Of a DNA stretch of 64,000 nt, positions 56,978 to 64,000 are shown piece after piece. The stretch is from an uncultured virus (IMG/VR IMGVR_UViG_3300030376_008664) (taxonomy: Duplodnaviria > Heunggongvirae > Uroviricota > Caudoviricetes), in the IMG/VR virus record IMGVR_UViG_3300030376_008664; one strand, given 5' to 3'. The position numbers were made by a program, and so were the translations under genes. Under the pieces are notes generated by a model. That model ran no database searches, was not told the DNA's origin, and saw only the letters and a program-made list of their open reading frames with translations. How positions within the stretch are numbered: position 1 is the stretch's first letter; each line of letters opens with the position of its first letter.

Positions 56978-58069
56978 ATGGCCAGAAACAGAGTAATTTA
57001 TCAATCAGAAGCATTATTCATCAACAAAGACGCAAGCCTTTCAGGTGGGTATAAGCAATTAGAGCGTGTTCAAAGCGCTAACTATAGTTTTTCAATCAAT
57101 CGCCAAGATATCAACCAGTATGGTCAGCTTGGTAAACTCGACAGTATTCAACTAGATGCTCCGACTGTAAATGCAGATTGTAGCTACTACGTAACTGATG
57201 GATTTACCGAAAGAGCATTGGGCTTTTTCGTCCAAACTTCAAATCTTTCCTACGCAGAGGGTGGATTTGTCTCTGGTCACCTTGCTGATGGATCTGGAAG
57301 AAACTTAATTATTCTTACTACCCCAGAGGGAACGGATGCAGATTTACCAGATAGGGTTTCTGATCAAGCCGCAAACAGCACAATTGGAGTCGGAAACTGT
57401 TATCTTTCTGATTATTCAGTAGAGATGGCTGTGGGGTCTATACCTACAGCTTCTGTATCTTTTGACGCTTTAAATATTAATTCTGACAGTCAAGCAGGTA
57501 TTATTTCAAGTCCAGCGATTCATCCTGTAAATGGAACCGCTCTTACTGATAATGTCGATCTGCCTAATGCAATAACTGGTCAAGGAAGTATCGCAGCACT
57601 TCGCCCAGGAAACATCACTGTAGATATTTCTACTTTTGATGGTATTCCGTTAGCTGATATTGGAACTACCGCAAGTGGAGCACATGTTCAAAGTGCAAGC
57701 CTTAGTGTTCCAATGAGCCGAAGCACTCTTGAGCGTCTTGGGAGTAAATCTGCTTACGCTCGTAGTGTTGATTTCCCTATTCAAGCAACTCTCTCTGTTA
57801 GCGCAATCCTTAATGAAGTTGAGGACTCTAACCTAGCAGATATCGTTGACGATGAAGTAGAGAAAAATGTCACACTAACTCTAAAAGATGACGCTGGTAC
57901 TCCCGCTGTTATTTACACCTTAAAAGGAGTTTCTTTCGATGGTGAGTCTATCTCTTCGTCAATTGGATCTAATAAGAGTGTTGATTTAACCTTTAGCACT
58001 TCTGTTGGTGGTCCTAGTGACACTACTCACGGAGTGTTCATGAGCGGATCTTCAACTACAGCCGTTTAA
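56978..58069 (+). CDS. Major tail tube protein
   Basis: MARNRVIYQS..., RVQSANYSF...RQDINQ.G; Ser/Thr/Gly-rich, acidic; synteny. Confidence 0.7.
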   Translation: MARNRVIYQSEALFINKDASLSGGYKQLERVQSANYSFSINRQDINQYGQLGKLDSIQLDAPTVNADCSYYVTDGFTERALGFFVQTSNLSYAEGGFVSGHLADGSGRNLIILTTPEGTDADLPDRVSDQAANSTIGVGNCYLSDYSVEMAVGSIPTASVSFDALNINSDSQAGIISSPAIHPVNGTALTDNVDLPNAITGQGSIAALRPGNITVDISTFDGIPLADIGTTASGAHVQSASLSVPMSRSTLERLGSKSAYARSVDFPIQATLSVSAILNEVEDSNLADIVDDEVEKNVTLTLKDDAGTPAVIYTLKGVSFDGESISSSIGSNKSVDLTFSTSVGGPSDTTHGVFMSGSSTTAV

Positions 58070-58075
58070 TAATCG

Positions 58076-58291
58076 ATGAAGTTTGAACCTAAGAAAAAAC
58101 TAGATTCTCCCACGCCTAAAGCCAAAAGCTACGCTAATATTAAGAGAGATTTTAAAACTATTATCCAACTTAAAATTGCGCTTAGACGTATAGGCGAGAA
58201 ACAGTTAAAAGCTTTCGCAGAAAAATATAATATCGCTTACAGCGATGAAAGTGAAATTGCCGATAAAGCAAAAGCCAAATATTTAAAATGA
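58076..58291 (+). CDS. Small basic hypothetical protein
   Basis: 71 aa; coupled to next ORF. Confidence 0.6.
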   Translation: MKFEPKKKLDSPTPKAKSYANIKRDFKTIIQLKIALRRIGEKQLKAFAEKYNIAYSDESEIADKAKAKYLK

Positions 58292-58518
58292 GTGATTTAA
58301 AAAAGAAAACTAGCGCCAAGCCTAAATCTGTTGCTAAAAAAGAAACAGCCGAAGCACCTAAAAAAGAAGCTCCTAAAGCGATTAAGAAACCTTACAGGGA
58401 AGCTTTAGCTGACTTAAAGGCAGATTATCTTGCTGCTGTAGCCGCTGACACCAAAAAGGCAGATTCTCTTCGCGCTAAATACAAAGAGGATAAGAAAGCT
58501 CTCAAGGCTTCTTATTAA
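58288..58518 (+). CDS. Small Lys/Ala-rich hypothetical protein
   Basis: 76 aa; ATGA coupling. Confidence 0.6.
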   Translation: MSDLKKKTSAKPKSVAKKETAEAPKKEAPKAIKKPYREALADLKADYLAAVAADTKKADSLRAKYKEDKKALKASY

Positions 58519-59000
58519 ATATAAGTCACGCCAACTCCACTGGCATCAATACCACCCAGTTGTCTGGGTTGAGCTTGGTATATATTATACTGCGCGGATA
58601 GCTGTGTGACTCTATCCATGCAATCGCTGGCTAGTCCTCTGTACACTTTTGACACCTCATTGCGATTAACGAACGTAACAGCGCTTTCTCCGTCTCGTAG
58701 TGACAATACATTGTCTCCACTAGCAGTGGACGTTGTGATGCCTCTAAGGGCGTTTCTCGCTTGCTTATTGTAGTAATTGGAAAGGTATAGTTCTTTTAAC
58801 ACAGCTTGAGCCTCAATATCCATTAATCCATAAGTTCCTGAAGCTTCGGCTCCACTAAAATTGGTATACAAGTAAGTGTTTACTTGTCCTAGATTTTCAA
58901 ACAACCAACCACTGACATTAGATACAGTAGCAATTCCTGTGTCACCATCAAACTCTGTGACAACAATTCCTGAAGCGAGATCTTCTAATACGTTCGGCAT
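58515..59000 (-). CDS. Putative head-tail adaptor
   Basis: Helical N-part plus SLRDGES.VTF.N beta hairpin; downstream of capsid genes. Confidence 0.5.
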   Translation of the reverse strand: MPNVLEDLASGIVVTEFDGDTGIATVSNVSGWLFENLGQVNTYLYTNFSGAEASGTYGLMDIEAQAVLKELYLSNYYNKQARNALRGITTSTASGDNVLSLRDGESAVTFVNRNEVSKVYRGLASDCMDRVTQLSAQYNIYQAQPRQLGGIDASGVGVTYI

Positions 59001-59028
59001 ATAGTGTATTACACTAGCTTTTAGTATT

Positions 59029-59478
59029 TTAACTATCTAACCAATCAAGAAGTTCTTTATGATCTGGATTATTTGGGTCTAGCTCAATAGCTGGAACTGG
59101 TTGGGGCGCTGTAGCGATATTACCTCTGCTTTTATATCTATTAAATTCTTTGATAATATTGTCTCTTACAACTGATCTATCATAGTAAGGATTCACTCCT
59201 ACCTTCCTAGAGAAAGCTTGTAAATCTGCCTTACTCATTTTGTTTAACTTGTCTTTTAAAACCTCTAAATCGTTAGTCCCAAAAGAGTTAGTTTCCCCAG
59301 TGCCAAAAATAACCTCAATTTCCTGCATAACCTCTTTATAACGAGCGGTGCTAGTTTCTCCGTTCTCTCTAAGTTCTTCTAATTCCTCTAAAAGACCTTT
59401 CTTAGCAGGTTTCTCTTGCCCTGTAGTTACTTCTTCGAAAGGGATTTCTTTGTTTTTAGCTGTTTTCTTTTTAGCCAT
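59029..59478 (-). CDS. Hypothetical protein with HEH/Rho-N-like helix pair
   Basis: LNKMSKADLQAFSRKVG...IIKEF. Confidence 0.6.
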   Translation of the reverse strand: MAKKKTAKNKEIPFEEVTTGQEKPAKKGLLEELEELRENGETSTARYKEVMQEIEVIFGTGETNSFGTNDLEVLKDKLNKMSKADLQAFSRKVGVNPYYDRSVVRDNIIKEFNRYKSRGNIATAPQPVPAIELDPNNPDHKELLDWLDS

Positions 59479-59508
59479 ACAATATTATATACACTTAATT
59501 AATAAATT

Positions 59509-59542
59509 ACAAAAAAAAAGCCGCTCCCGAAGGAACGGCTTT
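59509..59542 (-). terminator. Rho-independent terminator after major capsid gene
   Basis: Minus strand AAAGCCGTTCC-TTCG-GGAGCGGC then T9. Confidence 0.85.
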
Positions 59543-59564
59543 CTTTATAAGTGATAGGGTTGTA

Positions 59565-60725
59565 TTAACCTCCCTTAACAAGTCCGAGGAGAACACGGTT
59601 GTCGAGGACAACTCGTCCTTCTTCAAGCTGACCGTAGTAACCAATCTTGTTCTGACGAACGCTATACTGGTCATCTGCGACGAGATTAAGCTCGCTGCTG
59701 CTATCTGGATCAGTAGCAACAACACGCATAAGTGAATCGCGAGTACGATCAACACCGACGATGATCTCGTCAGTTGCACCTGCAAATACAGCGGAACGCG
59801 CATTTGCATCAGCAGAATCTCCATACACAGAGTATTTTTGAGATCCAGCAGCAGTGTCAAAGATAGTGTTAAACTTCTCTCCTTTACCCATCTCGTTGAA
59901 TTCCAAGATGTTTACACCCATGAAGCTGTCGAGACCTGCATTCTGATAAAGCTCGTTGCGGAGTTGCTCTGGAGCAGCAAGAACAGTAGATTCAGTTGTG
60001 TCAGGCACAGCAGTGGTGTTTACAGGATTGTAAGCCATTGCGCGGATACTTCCAACAACCTCTGGAGAACAAATGAGATCAGTAATCCCACGGGTACGAG
60101 TAGTGGGAGTTCCACCAATCCAAGAGGTGTTAATACGCTTCGCAAGAGTCATGAGCTTATTGAAATCATCAATGAGAACAGTGTCTGCGGTAGCAGTTCT
60201 GAAGATTTGCCTTTGGTTCAAGTTGGGAGAACCTTTAATTTGAGCACCTGCAAGAGAAGTCATAAGAAGAGAGGCAGAAGTGCGCTCTTGCTTAAGAAGA
60301 ATCTCTTGGGCAACACGGGTAAAGGTTTTACCAACAACATCCATGCGGCTCTTTGCTGCGTAGCGGCGGTCAAAATCGACAGCGGCATCAAGAGTGTAAG
60401 TAGCCAACTTAAGCTCGGAAGCTGTAGGAAGCACTTGGTTACTTGGAAGACCACCTGCGTGACTTTGACTCCAAACTCTGACGTAATCTTCGTCAGCGAT
60501 GTCGTAGTAAAGATCAAGCGGGATGCTTGGGTTGTCATCCGCATCAAATTGAAGCGAATTGAAAAGGTTGCTAACAGTAGGAGCGTTGTTGAGAACTTCG
60601 GCCAAAACTGGTCCGATGAATTCAGCAAGTGCTACTTGAGCCTCGTATGCAACAGTGCGATTACGAGAAGCCATAGCTTTTACAAGCTCGACTTGTTCTG
60701 GAGTTCTTTTTAAAGTAATTTTCAT
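59565..60725 (-). CDS. Major capsid protein (HK97 fold, inferred)
   Basis: 386 aa; follows protease/scaffold and decoration gene; biased codons; strong terminator; C-terminal IGYYG..EEGR.V.D. Confidence 0.8.
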   Translation of the reverse strand: MKITLKRTPEQVELVKAMASRNRTVAYEAQVALAEFIGPVLAEVLNNAPTVSNLFNSLQFDADDNPSIPLDLYYDIADEDYVRVWSQSHAGGLPSNQVLPTASELKLATYTLDAAVDFDRRYAAKSRMDVVGKTFTRVAQEILLKQERTSASLLMTSLAGAQIKGSPNLNQRQIFRTATADTVLIDDFNKLMTLAKRINTSWIGGTPTTRTRGITDLICSPEVVGSIRAMAYNPVNTTAVPDTTESTVLAAPEQLRNELYQNAGLDSFMGVNILEFNEMGKGEKFNTIFDTAAGSQKYSVYGDSADANARSAVFAGATDEIIVGVDRTRDSLMRVVATDPDSSSELNLVADDQYSVRQNKIGYYGQLEEGRVVLDNRVLLGLVKGG

Positions 60726-60747
60726 GTTATAAAGTCCTTTCTAAGTA

Positions 60748-61413
60748 TTAGTTGCAGTTAAACGAGATAACGATGTAATCACCAGAGAACTGATCAGTGG
60801 TAGGACCAACGTTTGCACGGGTTCCTGTTCCAAGAACATGTCCAAAGACTTTATCCTCATCAACTAAATCACCAGTGGTAATAGTCGCAGCAGTAACAGT
60901 AGCAAAACCAGTGATTTTACCAGCGTTAGAAGAAAGCTTAATCCTATTTCCTGGGGCATAGCTAGTGAGAGGTCCGTCGAAAGCAGACGAAGCTAAAGTG
61001 AAAATACCTTTAGTTGCGATAGGAACAGCTTGCCCTGGGAGCATTGCTTGGAGTTCCTCTTGCTTTTGTGGGTTATAGAGCAGCTTCTCGCCGTTCTCGT
61101 CGTTTTTAGCGGTCTGATAGAGAGTCATGCCGATAGCATGATCTTCGTTAGCAGCGCCTGTAACTTTAATATTAACTTCAGGATACATCTCTGTAGTTCC
61201 AAGGAACGGATAGTTGGTGTTACCCAAGTAGCTGTTCGTTTGGTAAGTTACAGGATCGTTATCGAAGTTACCGTCCGACACCTTCACAAATACGCCAGCA
61301 TCGCCAGCGCCTGTTCCAGTGGTGCTGTCGAGAACATCACTATCAATGATAGAGTACATGTTCACGACATCGTGATCAGAGTATTGTCTGAATGGTAGAA
61401 TACGTAATGCCAT
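60748..61413 (-). CDS. Capsid decoration / minor capsid protein (putative)
   Basis: Gly/Thr-rich, GQAVP.AT.G.F; between scaffold and MCP. Confidence 0.6.
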   Translation of the reverse strand: MALRILPFRQYSDHDVVNMYSIIDSDVLDSTTGTGAGDAGVFVKVSDGNFDNDPVTYQTNSYLGNTNYPFLGTTEMYPEVNIKVTGAANEDHAIGMTLYQTAKNDENGEKLLYNPQKQEELQAMLPGQAVPIATKGIFTLASSAFDGPLTSYAPGNRIKLSSNAGKITGFATVTAATITTGDLVDEDKVFGHVLGTGTRANVGPTTDQFSGDYIVISFNCN

Positions 61414-61430
61414 AATTTTATTTTGTTAAA

Positions 61431-62921
61431 TTAAGAAATTTCAATGTTGTCCCGAGAGAAAGCTGATTTAAACTTATCTCGAAGAGAGGGTTCGCTAGAT
61501 GCAACAGTCTCATTTGCATTAGAGACTTCTGCGTCTACAGGTTCAGCAGCATCAAGAGCTTCTTCAATTTCAACTTCTTCAACAGAAGCTTTAGAAAGCT
61601 TTTTCGCTACTTCTTCATCAATACGAGCTTGAATTTTAGAATTAAATTCTTCTTGGACTTCTTTGTTTTTATTTTTCCAAAGAATATCGAGTTTAGAAGC
61701 GAAAGCTTCGTAAGAAGCATCATCATCTAAAGTTTTCAATTCAGAGGCAAGAAACTCACGATCTTGATCATCAAGTTCGAATTTCTCGTCAATTTGGTCC
61801 ATACGAGTGTTAAATGAAGCAATAGCTTTTTGAGCTTTTTCCTCATTTTCATAACCAGAAATACGCTCGCTAGCGTCTCCCAGTTTTTCCTCAAGCGCCT
61901 TTACAGAAGCTTTAAGGTCTTCGTATTCTTTAATTTTATCTTCTTTTTCCAATCTCTCTGCTTCGAGATCCTTACGGTACTGTTCGTCCCGTTGACGGAT
62001 TGCATCAGCAAAGGTATCAGTCATGGAAGCGACAGCTTCCTTTGAGAATTTCTTCTCATTTAGAAGATCCTTCAATTCATTTAGAGTATTTTCAAGTTCC
62101 ATATCGATAATGTTCTTTTGTGTGTTTACATTTAAATTATTATTTTGTGAAATTTTATCCCTCTTATCATTTATAAATATTTGAGTTTTTTCAGGAGGCT
62201 TCGAATATAAGCCCTTCACATCTGCTGCTGGATTTAAGGTATAAGCAATTCCTAATGGGTATATATCACCCATGATTAATCTGTTTATAGTTTCTCCTTT
62301 GTCGGTCTTTCCATTACCGCCATAACTTCTTAAATTACCTTGTAACTTAGCTATTTCTTCAGGGTCAGATATAATTCTGGCTTCACTTAATTTATCGCTA
62401 CCGACAGCTAAAACATAACTATTAAATCCAACTTCCCAACTAGCAGAAACTTTTTGATATTTATCACTTTCTGAATCTAAAGAATTTTTTACTAAATTAG
62501 TGAAATTTGGGTTTATTGTCTTATACAAAACAGCTCCCAAAGAGATATTGAAAGGCTCTTTAATAGTTTTCACCTCTTCTTCCCCCATCAACTCGCTAGA
62601 CCCAAACTTGCTGTAACCAGCAGAAACAATATGTCCAACAATCTTTTGTTTATCATGCTCTATATTTGTAGGCTTATGGATAAACTTGTCAGTATATCTT
62701 ATGGCTGTAGATGTGTCCATCCCATCGCCATTTTTGTTAAATTGATTAATTACCGCAGCATTAAATGCGACACCCATCAAATCTACGTTTTCATCGTAGT
62801 TGATGTTATCAGGCACTAAAGGAGCTAGATTTTCCAAAGAAGCTTTAGAAATCAAAGAAGCCTCGCTAATTTCACAAGAAATTAAAGGAGCCTGAAATGT
62901 TGTTGTATACTTATACTCCAT
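61431..62921 (-). CDS. Prohead protease fused to C-terminal scaffold
   Basis: N.NGD, KPTNIEH...IVGHI, SASWE, NPAAD; acidic coiled-coil C-half from MELEN (62102). Confidence 0.72.
   Translation of the reverse strand: MEYKYTTTFQAPLISCEISEASLISKASLENLAPLVPDNINYDENVDLMGVAFNAAVINQFNKNGDGMDTSTAIRYTDKFIHKPTNIEHDKQKIVGHIVSAGYSKFGSSELMGEEEVKTIKEPFNISLGAVLYKTINPNFTNLVKNSLDSESDKYQKVSASWEVGFNSYVLAVGSDKLSEARIISDPEEIAKLQGNLRSYGGNGKTDKGETINRLIMGDIYPLGIAYTLNPAADVKGLYSKPPEKTQIFINDKRDKISQNNNLNVNTQKNIIDMELENTLNELKDLLNEKKFSKEAVASMTDTFADAIRQRDEQYRKDLEAERLEKEDKIKEYEDLKASVKALEEKLGDASERISGYENEEKAQKAIASFNTRMDQIDEKFELDDQDREFLASELKTLDDDASYEAFASKLDILWKNKNKEVQEEFNSKIQARIDEEVAKKLSKASVEEVEIEEALDAAEPVDAEVSNANETVASSEPSLRDKFKSAFSRDNIEIS
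62124..62153 (-). promoter_or_regulatory. Bipartite motif ATTTCACA-N15-TGTAAAC internal to protease gene
   Basis: 21 nt upstream of in-frame ATG 62102 that starts the scaffold region. Confidence 0.6.
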
Positions 62922-63435
62922 CGCTATATTTTTTAGCCGCGATATCAGTAAGTAGTTGAGCGTAGCTCTTTTTGTCAGACTTTTCCTTCTTCATGTCTCC
63001 ACCGCCATATCCTGCATCAGACTTTTTCTTCTTTTTGCGGAGCATTTCAAAATCTTTTTTATCGATCTTTCCGTCTTTATTTTGATCTAAACCAGACTTC
63101 TGTTTTTCAGACATTTCAGCTTCCATCTTCTTTTTGCCGTTTTTGTAGCCAGCCTTCATCTTTTCTTCAGAATCTTTGTCGAACTTCATGTCTTTTTTAA
63201 GATCCTTCTTTTCAGCATCTTTTTTCTCTGAAGGAGCGCCCTTATCAAGTTTTTTCATTTTACTTTTGTCATCCTTGATAGCATCTTTTTCATGCTCGAC
63301 CTTTTCTTTTTTGCTGTCTTTCTTCAATTCTTTAGTATCGATTTTATCATACTGCTTCTTTGTCATTGCAGCTTCGATCTCTTCTGAAGAAATAGATACT
63401 TCGATTTCTGTAGGCTTAAAATTATTGTTTTTCAT
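62911..63435 (-). CDS. Lys/Asp/Glu-rich protein with EF-hand-like loop
   Basis: LDQNKDGKIDKKDF; between portal and protease. Confidence 0.65.
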   Translation of the reverse strand: MKNNNFKPTEIEVSISSEEIEAAMTKKQYDKIDTKELKKDSKKEKVEHEKDAIKDDKSKMKKLDKGAPSEKKDAEKKDLKKDMKFDKDSEEKMKAGYKNGKKKMEAEMSEKQKSGLDQNKDGKIDKKDFEMLRKKKKKSDAGYGGGDMKKEKSDKKSYAQLLTDIAAKKYSDGV

Positions 63436-64000
63436 GGCTATGATATAAAATTGCGGCTGGGTAAGTTTCTAAAGTATGTTGAGATGAAATATCTAAAACT
63501 TCTTTCAAAGTGTCTAAATTTTCAATTTCGTTAAAGTCTTTTACACAAGATTCTAACGTTTCGCCCCAATATTCTTTATTATGGGAACAAACGATAGATT
63601 CGCATAAATTTGAAACCATCTCTTCTTGAGCTTCACTAAGCTTAGAAACTTTAAGATGAGATATCATTTTATCTTTTGCATCATGAATAAAGCTGTCTAT
63701 ATCATAAATAGTTTTTTGGATATTTGATCTAGAATATTTAGCATTAGCCAAGGGGATGTCAGTTGTTCCTTCTGGTCTACCCGCTTCTTTTCTAGGCCCA
63801 CTAGCTTTATCATCTGGAGAATATACAGGCACTCCACCTACAATTGGGTTGTAGTAACCTTTTTCTCTATCTTCCAAGAAGTCTTGTTGTGCAGAGTCTA
63901 ATTGATCTGGCTCTGGGAATTTGCCATTATGGAACATTTCCATTCCTTGTTCTGGAGTGATAATTCCAAGCTCCATAAGCCTTGTAGATGCTCTCATTAG
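63422..64000 (-). CDS. Portal protein C-terminal part (5'-truncated)
   Basis: RLMELGIITPE..., AGRP motif; position upstream of protease/MCP. Confidence 0.6.
   Translation of the reverse strand, partial: LMRASTRLMELGIITPEQGMEMFHNGKFPEPDQLDSAQQDFLEDREKGYYNPIVGGVPVYSPDDKASGPRKEAGRPEGTTDIPLANAKYSRSNIQKTIYDIDSFIHDAKDKMISHLKVSKLSEAQEEMVSNLCESIVCSHNKEYWGETLESCVKDFNEIENLDTLKEVLDISSQHTLETYPAAILYHSHEKQ

Noticed and set aside
59838..60713. 291-aa plus-strand ORF antisense to the major capsid gene (similarly 61030-61398)
   Set aside because: No recognisable motifs; explained as a shadow ORF from biased codon usage in a highly expressed gene.
1..64000. Stop-codon reassignment, tRNAs, integrase
   Set aside because: Standard-code ORFs tile the window and end in TAA, TAG and TGA; gaps are short and show no cloverleaf; no recombinase motifs seen.

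Overview
A 64 kb slice of a large, AT-rich, densely coding tailed dsDNA bacteriophage (Caudoviricetes). It is probably a siphovirus: there is a long tape measure protein and tail-tube-like genes but no sheath gene in the window. Left to right it holds: the 3' part of a long repetitive tail fibre; glycosyltransferases and small ssDNA-binding/annealing-type genes; a kinase-like gene and a ClpC-type ATPase; a bacterial-type replisome (DnaE split into separate PHP and polymerase genes, plus a DEDDh exonuclease, PD-(D/E)XK nuclease, DnaG, DnaB, RecA); an ~11.5 kb nucleotide-sugar/glycosyltransferase island; a class I ribonucleotide reductase whose beta subunit has class Id-type ligands; a divergent intergenic region with a consensus sigma70 promoter before a phage sigma-like factor, SSB, a GT and Hsp20; then tail, neck and head genes ending in a truncated portal. 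The most notable signals are the glycan island (with a nucleotidyltransferase-RpiB fusion, PfkB kinase, HAD phosphatase and GDPD-like module), a GT9 split across two genes, a recurring GTGTAA motif and a bipartite ATTTCACA-N15-TGTAAAC motif before late/structural genes, and an exact 15-nt repeat punctuating the fibre gene. I saw no tRNA, rRNA, CRISPR array, integrase, reverse transcriptase or intein. All functional calls come from reading motifs by eye; no database search was run.
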